From positions 1 through 58,911 of the forward strand of contig CANFBG010000001.1 of the NCBI GenBank assembly GCA_947444785.1: DNA of 58,911 nucleotides. The letters are read 5' to 3'. This DNA comes from Microbacteriaceae bacterium. Lineage in GTDB: Bacteria > Actinomycetota > Actinomycetes > Actinomycetales > Microbacteriaceae. The notes beneath the pieces are model-generated. The model did no database searches and was not told the origin of the DNA. It saw only the letters and a list, made by a program, of their open reading frames with translations. Shown here one piece after another: positions 52,219-58,911 of this stretch. Made by a program: the position numbers and the translations under genes. How positions within the stretch are numbered: position 1 is the stretch's first letter; each line of letters opens with the position of its first letter.

Positions 52219-52261
52219 AAAAAGGGCGGGACCCCCACCTTTTCAGGAGAGGCCCCGCCCT
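52219..52261 (-). terminator. Intrinsic terminator after rpsD
   Basis: Minus strand AGGGCGGGGCC...GGTCCCGCCC followed by TTTTT. Confidence 0.75.
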
Positions 52262-52296
52262 AACAGTACCCAAAAGGGTAAGGCGACGATTATTGC

Positions 52297-52926
52297 CTAG
52301 CGAGCCGCGTAGTACTCGACGACGAGCTGGACTTCACAGGTCACGGGGACCTCGACGCGCTTGGGACGACGGATCAGGCGGGCCTGAAGCTTGTCGATCT
52401 CAACCTCGAGGTAGGCCGGAACCTTGGGCAGCACGTCGAGGTGACCACCGGCGGCGGCAACCTGGAACGGCTCGGTGCCCTCGCTCTTGGCCTTGACGTG
52501 AATCATCTGTCCCGGCTTGACGCGGAAGGACGGACGGTCAACGAGCTGGCCGTCGACGAGGATGTGACGGTGCACGACGAGCTGGCGAGCCTGCGCGGTC
52601 GTGCGGGCCAGGCCCGAGCGAACGACGAGGGCGTCGAGACGCATCTCGAGCAGCTCGACCAGGTTCTCACCGGTCAGGCCCTTGGCGCGACGCGCCTCTT
52701 CGAAGATGATCTTGATCTGCGCTTCGCGGATTCCGTACTGGGCGCGTAGGCGCTGCTTCTCCCGCAGACGAACCGCGTAGTCAGAGTCGGCCTTGCGCTT
52801 CGTGCGGCCGTGCTCGCCCGGTGCGTAGGGACGCTTCTCGAGGTACTTGGCCGCCTTCGGGGTGAGGGCGATGCCGAGTGCCCGCGAGAGGCGGGTCTTG
52901 CTGCGTGTACGTGACTTGGTAGACAC
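52297..52926 (-). CDS. rpsD: 30S ribosomal protein S4 (zinc-free type)
   Basis: PGEHG, LREKQ, LLEMRLDA, ARQLVVH, VVEYY; SD GAAAGGA, GTG start. Confidence 0.97.
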   Translation of the reverse strand: MSTKSRTRSKTRLSRALGIALTPKAAKYLEKRPYAPGEHGRTKRKADSDYAVRLREKQRLRAQYGIREAQIKIIFEEARRAKGLTGENLVELLEMRLDALVVRSGLARTTAQARQLVVHRHILVDGQLVDRPSFRVKPGQMIHVKAKSEGTEPFQVAAAGGHLDVLPKVPAYLEVEIDKLQARLIRRPKRVEVPVTCEVQLVVEYYAAR

Positions 52927-53154
52927 TTACATCCTTTCGATGGTGTTCTTCACAATTGATGACGCGGTGCACACGCTCGTAGCCCTGCTGGGCAGGGATG
53001 CAGCGTGACCCACGCTAAGAAATAGAGGATTTTGCCGGTACAGTTCGGCTAAAGAACACGTCCCAATCCAATGGATGATTTCGCAGCCGCTCGAATATCA
53101 GCCTTGGAGGCTTCAAAAGGCTACCATATTGCGCACTCGGGCCCATCCTTCTTG

Positions 53155-54510
53155 CTAGTGGCCGCGGGTGATCTGTCGGAGCTTGGCGAGCCGTGCCGCC
53201 ACGTCGCGTTCGTTGCCGTGTTCCGTCGGCCTGTAGTACTCGGTTCCCGCCAGTTCTTCGGGGAGATACTGCTGGGCGAGCACGCCGCGCTCGTCATTGT
53301 GCGGATACAGGTACCCCTTGCCGTGGCCCAGGGTCTTGGCCCCGGGATAGTGCGCATCCCGAAGGTGCAGCGGTACGCGGCCGAACTTCCCGGCGCGGAT
53401 ATCGCTGATCGCCTCGTCGATGGCGAGATAGGAGGCATTGGACTTGGGTGCCGTGGCCAGGTACACCGTTGCCTCTGCGAGGGGAATTCTGCCCTCGGGC
53501 ATGCCGATGAACTGAACGGCGTCCGCAGCCGCCACCGCGACAGCCAGAGCATTGGGGTCGGCCATGCCGATGTCCTCGGCCGCCGAGACGATCAGCCGCC
53601 GACAGATGAAGCGGGGGTCCTCCCCGGCCTCGATCATGCGGGCCAGATAGTGCACGGCACCGTCGACATCGGAGCCTCGAATCGACTTGATGAACGCGCT
53701 GATGACGTCGTAGTGCTCGTCGCCGTTCCGGTCGTAGCGCAACAGTGCGCGATCGACTGCGAGCGAGACGATCTCCTCGGTTATCTCCGGCACGGCGTCC
53801 ACGGGCACTCCCTGGCCGTCGGCCTGGCTGGTGGCAAGAACAGAGCTTGCCGCGGCCTCCAGGGCGGTCAAAGCACGCCGGGCGTCGCCGGAGGCAAGCC
53901 GGATAATCGCGTGCCTGGCCTCCGGGCTCAGGGTGACGGCCCCGGCCAGGCCCCGCGCATCACGCACTGCGCGGTCGACAACGATGCTGAGGTCGTCGTC
54001 GGTGAGCTGCTCCAGGGTCAAGAGCAGCGACCGGGAGAGCAGGGGCGAGATGACGGAGAACGAGGGGTTCTCCGTGGTGGCGGCGATGAGGATGACCCAG
54101 CCGTTCTCAACGCCGGGCAGGAGAGCGTCCTGCTGGGCCTTGCTGAACCGGTGGATCTCATCGAGAAAGAGAACCGTGGAGAGGCCGTAGAGATCCCGGC
54201 TGCGAAACGCCTCCTCCATGACGCTTCGCACGTCTTTGACACCCGCTGTGACGGCAGAGAGCTCAACGAACTTGCGTCCGGAACTCGCGGCGATGGCCTT
54301 GGCCAGCGTCGTCTTTCCCGTGCCTGGCGGACCCCACAGGATCACGGAGACCGACCCCTGTGTTCCCGCTTTGTCTGCCGCCAGGTTGACCAGCGGAGAG
54401 CCCGGGCGCAGAAGGTGCTTCTGCCCGGCCACCTCATCCAGGCTGCGGGGTCGCATCCGCACGGCAAGGGGAACAGCACCGGAGTGCAGGCCAGGCTGCG
54501 ATAAAGACAT
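53155..54510 (-). CDS. rarA: Replication-associated recombination protein A (MgsA/RarA)
   Basis: [46 protein letters not shown]. Confidence 0.96.
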   Translation of the reverse strand: MSLSQPGLHSGAVPLAVRMRPRSLDEVAGQKHLLRPGSPLVNLAADKAGTQGSVSVILWGPPGTGKTTLAKAIAASSGRKFVELSAVTAGVKDVRSVMEEAFRSRDLYGLSTVLFLDEIHRFSKAQQDALLPGVENGWVILIAATTENPSFSVISPLLSRSLLLTLEQLTDDDLSIVVDRAVRDARGLAGAVTLSPEARHAIIRLASGDARRALTALEAAASSVLATSQADGQGVPVDAVPEITEEIVSLAVDRALLRYDRNGDEHYDVISAFIKSIRGSDVDGAVHYLARMIEAGEDPRFICRRLIVSAAEDIGMADPNALAVAVAAADAVQFIGMPEGRIPLAEATVYLATAPKSNASYLAIDEAISDIRAGKFGRVPLHLRDAHYPGAKTLGHGKGYLYPHNDERGVLAQQYLPEELAGTEYYRPTEHGNERDVAARLAKLRQITRGH

Positions 54511-54653
54511 GATTACAGGCTACGCGCCACGCAGCAGGCTGCAGGATCAGGCCTTGGCTTTCCCGTAAAGTTCAGGGAGGAATATTTCGTGAGAATGCGG
54601 GTCACATCCCGCACTCACCCGACCGAGCTGCCCCGAGGGGCACAGGAGGACCC

Positions 54654-55448
54654 GTGGCACCGAAGAATCTGGAACGTGAGGCACGTGCTGCGAGACAGCG
54701 ACTGCGTGACTATCAGGCCCGCCAGCAGATGCATACCAGCCAGACCGGTCGCCGCAAGCGCGACAACCTGATCGCCGGTATCGCCGTGACCTTGGTCTTC
54801 GCGCTCGCGGTCGGCGCCCAGCTTCTGTTCTTTAATGGTGGGCCCGGCACCCCGGTCGCCTCGCCTGCCTCGTCGGCCTCACCCACGGCAACCCCATCCG
54901 GCTCCGCCGCCGGCGCGAGCGCGCCCGCCGCATCTCTTGCGGAGAATCGCACGTGGGCGGGCAGCATGACGGTGAACGGGATCCCCCTGGCCCTGCAACT
55001 CGATGGTGCGGCTGCGCCCCAGGGCGTCTCCAACTTCATCTCACTCAGCGATGCGGGCTTCTACAACGGAGTCTCCTGCCACCGCCTCACCACGGCCACG
55101 GGCTTTGCGGTGCTGCAGTGCGGCGACCCCAAGGGCGACGGCACCGGTGGTCCTGGCTACAGCTTCGGCCCAATCGAGAACGCCCCGGCGAATAACGTCT
55201 ACCCGGCCGGCACGATCGCCATGGCGCGCCAGGGTGGCAACGCGGCCAGCATGGGAAGCCAGTTCTTCATCGTCTACAAGGACACAACCATCCCCTCCGA
55301 TGCAGCCGGCGGGTACACCGTGCTCGGCAAGGTGACGAGCGGTCTTGACGCGTTGATCAGCCAGGTCACCGACAAGGGCACCGCAGACGGGTCTAGCGAC
55401 GGCAAACCCGCAATTCCCGTCTCCATCTCGGGAATCACGCTCAACTAG
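54654..55448 (+). CDS. ppiB: Membrane-anchored cyclophilin-type peptidyl-prolyl isomerase
   Basis: TM helix, Ser/Ala/Pro linker, CHRL, QCGDP..G.GGPGY, GSQFFIV; SD AGGAGG. Confidence 0.9.
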   Translation: MAPKNLEREARAARQRLRDYQARQQMHTSQTGRRKRDNLIAGIAVTLVFALAVGAQLLFFNGGPGTPVASPASSASPTATPSGSAAGASAPAASLAENRTWAGSMTVNGIPLALQLDGAAAPQGVSNFISLSDAGFYNGVSCHRLTTATGFAVLQCGDPKGDGTGGPGYSFGPIENAPANNVYPAGTIAMARQGGNAASMGSQFFIVYKDTTIPSDAAGGYTVLGKVTSGLDALISQVTDKGTADGSSDGKPAIPVSISGITLN

Positions 55449-55512
55449 CCCGGCAAGAATTGCAATAGGCTGGAAAACGGATTTCCCGAACAACTTCGAC
55501 AGGATGATTTTC

Positions 55513-56742
55513 GTGACTAGTAGTACAGAGCATCCATGGGGACGCGTAGACGAGACCGGCACCGTCTACCTGAAGCAGGCGGATGGCGAACGGGTCATCG
55601 GCCAATACCCAGACGGCACCGCAGAGGAGGCCCTGGCCTACTTTGAGCGCAAGTACGTCGACCTCGCCGGGCAGGTAACCCTGCTCGAACAGCGAGCGAA
55701 GCGCGGCGCCTCGGCAGCCGACATCGGCAAGGCCGTCTCAGCCCTGACCGAGGTCGTTCCGACGGCGAACGCCCTGGGCAACCTCGACGCTCTCTCCGCT
55801 CGGCTCGCGGCCCTCTCCGAGACGCTGGGTGAACTGAACAAGGTGCAGACCGCCGAAAGCCAGGCACACGTTGCCGAGGCGGTCGCCGAGCGCACCGCCA
55901 TCGTCGTCGAGGTCGAGGCACTTGCTGCCGAAGACCCGGCGAAGGCCCAGTGGAAGCAGGTGACCGCTCGCCTCGACGCCCTGTTCGCCTCATGGCAGAA
56001 GCACCAGCAGGAGGGTCCGCGTCTCCCCCGCGCCGAGGCGAACGACCTCTGGAAGCGTTTCCGCGATGCCCGCACCACGATCGAGCAGCACCGCAAGGCG
56101 TTCTTCTCCGAACTCGACAGCGCTCACCGCGATGCCCGCACTGCCAAGCAGCAGCTTGTCGAGAAGGCTGAGGCGTTGGCCCCCAAGGGCGCCGATGGCG
56201 TGAACGAGTACCGCGACCTCCTGGAGGCATGGAAGAACGCCGGCCGTGCCGGCAAGCGCTACGACGATCAGCTCTGGGATCGTTTCAAGGCCGCCGGCGA
56301 CGCAATCTACTCCGCGCGCGGCGAAATCGTCGCGCAGGACGACGCCGAGTTCTCCGGAAACCTCGAGGCGAAGCTTGCTCTGCTGGCCGAAGCCGAGCCT
56401 CTTCTCACGGCGACCGACCGGGTCAAGGCCAAAGAGACACTGGCGTCGATCCAGCGTCGGTGGGACGTAATCGGCAAGGTTCCCCGTGACCAGGTCAAGG
56501 TCGTCGAAGACCGGATGCGCCGAATCGAGACCGCCGTGCGGAAACTCGACGAGGACCACTGGCAGCACAACAACCCCGAGAAGAAGGCCCGCACAGAGGG
56601 TCTGGCCTCACAGCTGAACGATGCCATCGAGAAGCTCGAGGCAGAGATCGCTGCGGCGAAGGCGGACGGAAACGCCGCCAAGGCGGCTGAACTCCAGGAG
56701 TCTCTCGAGGCTCGCAAGCTCTGGCTCAACGCCCTCGGCTAA
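55513..56742 (+). CDS. DUF349 repeat protein
   Basis: PWGRVDETGTVY N-terminus, repeated K..L..AE.L / W / LW.RF helical units; GTG at 55513 or ATG at 55504. Confidence 0.88.
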   Translation: MTSSTEHPWGRVDETGTVYLKQADGERVIGQYPDGTAEEALAYFERKYVDLAGQVTLLEQRAKRGASAADIGKAVSALTEVVPTANALGNLDALSARLAALSETLGELNKVQTAESQAHVAEAVAERTAIVVEVEALAAEDPAKAQWKQVTARLDALFASWQKHQQEGPRLPRAEANDLWKRFRDARTTIEQHRKAFFSELDSAHRDARTAKQQLVEKAEALAPKGADGVNEYRDLLEAWKNAGRAGKRYDDQLWDRFKAAGDAIYSARGEIVAQDDAEFSGNLEAKLALLAEAEPLLTATDRVKAKETLASIQRRWDVIGKVPRDQVKVVEDRMRRIETAVRKLDEDHWQHNNPEKKARTEGLASQLNDAIEKLEAEIAAAKADGNAAKAAELQESLEARKLWLNALG

Positions 56743-56802
56743 CATCACGCTCGCTTCACCGGGTCGGCCCGGCTCTCTGCAGGAAATACTGCACAGATCC
56801 GG

Positions 56803-56827
56803 GCCGGCCCATTTTTTATGGGCTGGC
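56803..56827. terminator. Hairpin downstream of the DUF349 gene
   Basis: GCCGGCCCAT-TTTTT-ATGGGCTGGC. Confidence 0.5.
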
Positions 56828-56845
56828 GCCGGGTGAAGATGACGG

Positions 56846-57424
56846 ATGAGTTTCAGACTGCATGCCGTGATCACCGCTGCCGACCTGCCCGAGACCGAGC
56901 TGTGGGCCGCGCGCCTGGACGGCGAGATCTCGGTTCTCGCAGAATCATTCCTTCCCGTGGGTATGCCTCTGGACACCGCCATCAGGGCACGTTCCCTCGC
57001 CCCGATTCTGCCCGCACGAGCAATCATCGAACTGCACAGCGCCGCCTGGGTGCACGGGGCCACGACTGCATTGCCGTCCCGGCACACCATCGCCGTTCAC
57101 GCAGCCGATAGGTCACCGGTGCCCAGGCAGTCGAGGCTCGTCGTGAGGGAGGTCGTCTTCCGCCGTGGCGACGTCATCAACATGCACGGCATCTGGCTGA
57201 CCTCGCCTCTTCGCACTGCGATCGACCTTGCCCGACACCACACGTTCGACCCCGGCATCGATCCCCCGATCCTCGCTCACCTCATCGAGGATGCGGGCCT
57301 GGACCTATGCGACTGCACAACAATGATGAATCGCACCAGGAACCTGCCCAACAAGCGGGCGGCACTGAATCGCATCACGACGGCCCTCATTGAGCACCGC
57401 GTCAACCGCAACAGGCCCGCTTAG
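56846..57424 (+). CDS. AbiEi-like (type IV toxin-antitoxin antitoxin family) protein
   Basis: SAAWVHG and [13 protein letters not shown] motifs typical of actinobacterial AbiEi-like proteins. Confidence 0.7.
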   Translation: MSFRLHAVITAADLPETELWAARLDGEISVLAESFLPVGMPLDTAIRARSLAPILPARAIIELHSAAWVHGATTALPSRHTIAVHAADRSPVPRQSRLVVREVVFRRGDVINMHGIWLTSPLRTAIDLARHHTFDPGIDPPILAHLIEDAGLDLCDCTTMMNRTRNLPNKRAALNRITTALIEHRVNRNRPA

Positions 57425-58911
57425 CCGTCGCTCACCCGGTAGACGTCATAGACGGCGTCGATGCGACGGACCGCGTTCAGAACCCGATCCAGGTGCGTGG
57501 TGTCGCCCATCTCGAACACGAACCGGCTGATGGCCAGCCTGTCCCTGGAGGTGTTGACCGTGGCCGAGAGAATGTTCACATGATGCTCGGAGAGCACCCG
57601 CGTCACGTCCGACAGGAGCCCCGAGCGATCCAACGCCTCGACCTGGATCTGCACGAGGAAGAGACTCTTGGACGAAGGAGCCCAGTCGACCTCGATCATC
57701 CGCTCAGGCTCGAGCAGAAGGGAGCCGACGTTGTGGCAGGACGCCTGGTGGACAGACACCCCCGAGCCCCTCGTGACGAAGCCGACGATCTTGTCCCCGG
57801 GCACCGGCGTGCAGCACTTGGCGAGCTTGACCAGGATGTCGGGTGCGCCCCGAACGAGCACCCCGGAATCACTGTTCTGTCGCCGCGCCCTGCCGTGGAC
57901 GACGACGTCGTGATCACTGTCGTCACTGATCGCATCGGTCGCCAGGCCGGCGATGACCTTTTCGATCACAGACTGGGTCGAGACATGTCCCTCGCCGACC
58001 GCCGCGTACAGCGCCGAGACACTGTCATAGCGCATCTGGGATGCGACCTCCGCGAAGGAGTCCTGGTTCATCAGCTTCTGAAGCGGCAGGTTCTGCTTGC
58101 GCATGGCCCGGGCGATAGCGTCCTTGCCCTGCTCGATCGCCTCGTCACGGCGCTCGTTGGTGAACCACTGTCGGATCTTGTTCCGTGCCCGGGCGCTCTG
58201 GACGAAGTTCAGCCAGTCCTGGCTGGGGCCGGAGTCGGGATTCTTCGAGGTGAAGACCTCCACGACGTCTCCGCTGTTCAGCGTCGACTCCAGCGGCACG
58301 AGGCGACCGTTGACCTTGGCGCCCATTGTGCGGTGACCGACCTCGGTATGCACGGCATACGCGAAGTCGACCGGCGTCGCGCCGGCCGGCAGTCCGATGA
58401 CCTTGCCCTTGGGTGTGAAAACGTAGACCTCTTTGGCGCCGATCTCAAACCGGAGGGAGTCGAGGAACTCCCCCGGGTCATCCGTCTCGGCCTGCCAGTC
58501 CGAGATTCGCGCCAGCCAGGCCATGTCCGTGTCGGCCATGTCGTCGGTCGCGACGGTGGAGCGGCCGGAGTTCATCCGCTCCTTGTACTTCCAGTGCGCT
58601 GCCACGCCGAACTCGGCGCGGTGGTGCATCTCCGAGGTACGGATCTGAATTTCGACAGGCCTGCCCGCAGGCCCGATGACGGTCGTGTGCAACGACTGGT
58701 ACAGGTTGAACTTCGGTGTTGCGATGTAGTCCTTGAAGCGGCCCGGGATCGGATTCCAGCGGGCGTGGATTGACCCGAGCACCGCGTAGCAGTCCCTGAG
58801 CGAGTTGACCAGGATGCGGATACCGACCAGGTCATAGATCTCGTCGAAGTCACGGCCCCGAACGATCATCTTCTGGTAGATCGAGTAATACTGCTTGGGG
58901 CGGCCCGCCAC
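57421..58911 (-). CDS. rel: (p)ppGpp synthetase/hydrolase Rel, partial (5' end outside window)
   Basis: [30 protein letters not shown] domain, AKCCTP zinc domain, ACT domain. Confidence 0.97.
   Translation of the reverse strand: MAGRPKQYYSIYQKMIVRGRDFDEIYDLVGIRILVNSLRDCYAVLGSIHARWNPIPGRFKDYIATPKFNLYQSLHTTVIGPAGRPVEIQIRTSEMHHRAEFGVAAHWKYKERMNSGRSTVATDDMADTDMAWLARISDWQAETDDPGEFLDSLRFEIGAKEVYVFTPKGKVIGLPAGATPVDFAYAVHTEVGHRTMGAKVNGRLVPLESTLNSGDVVEVFTSKNPDSGPSQDWLNFVQSARARNKIRQWFTNERRDEAIEQGKDAIARAMRKQNLPLQKLMNQDSFAEVASQMRYDSVSALYAAVGEGHVSTQSVIEKVIAGLATDAISDDSDHDVVVHGRARRQNSDSGVLVRGAPDILVKLAKCCTPVPGDKIVGFVTRGSGVSVHQASCHNVGSLLLEPERMIEVDWAPSSKSLFLVQIQVEALDRSGLLSDVTRVLSEHHVNILSATVNTSRDRLAISRFVFEMGDTTHLDRVLNAVRRIDAVYDVYRVSDG

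Overview
High-GC actinobacterial chromosome segment. Gene order and protein features suggest Micrococcales, probably Microbacteriaceae (inference). It is almost all core housekeeping genes on the minus strand, in transcription order: rel (partial), rarA, rpsD, DUF948/small membrane protein, alaS-ruvX-mltG-aroE-aroC-aroK-aroB-hyp-aroQ-efp-nusB, pyrR-B-C-membrane protein-carAB-pyrF, gmk-rpoZ-coaBC-metK-priA-fmt-rsmB-rpe, hisE-G-F-I-trpE-membrane proteins-trpCBA-lgt-gltBD-pyk, an ANTAR response regulator and polA. The plus strand carries a hotdog thioesterase, tRNA-Leu(CAA), a SOUL heme-binding protein, a sortase-anchored choice-of-anchor-I protein, ppiB, DUF349 and an AbiEi-like gene. I found no mobile element, CRISPR array, prophage or complete novel multi-gene system. 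The most notable observations are: an in-frame fusion of the nucleoid protein mIHF to guanylate kinase; a PyrR-binding RNA hairpin overlapping an SD-like sequence; PHO-box-like 11-nt repeats before the LAxTG-anchored surface protein; an aroE without an obvious canonical start codon; an orphan AbiEi-like gene tail-to-tail with rel; a JAB/RadC-like gene inside the aro cluster; and many apparently leaderless genes. Family calls come from motif recognition by eye, not from database searches.
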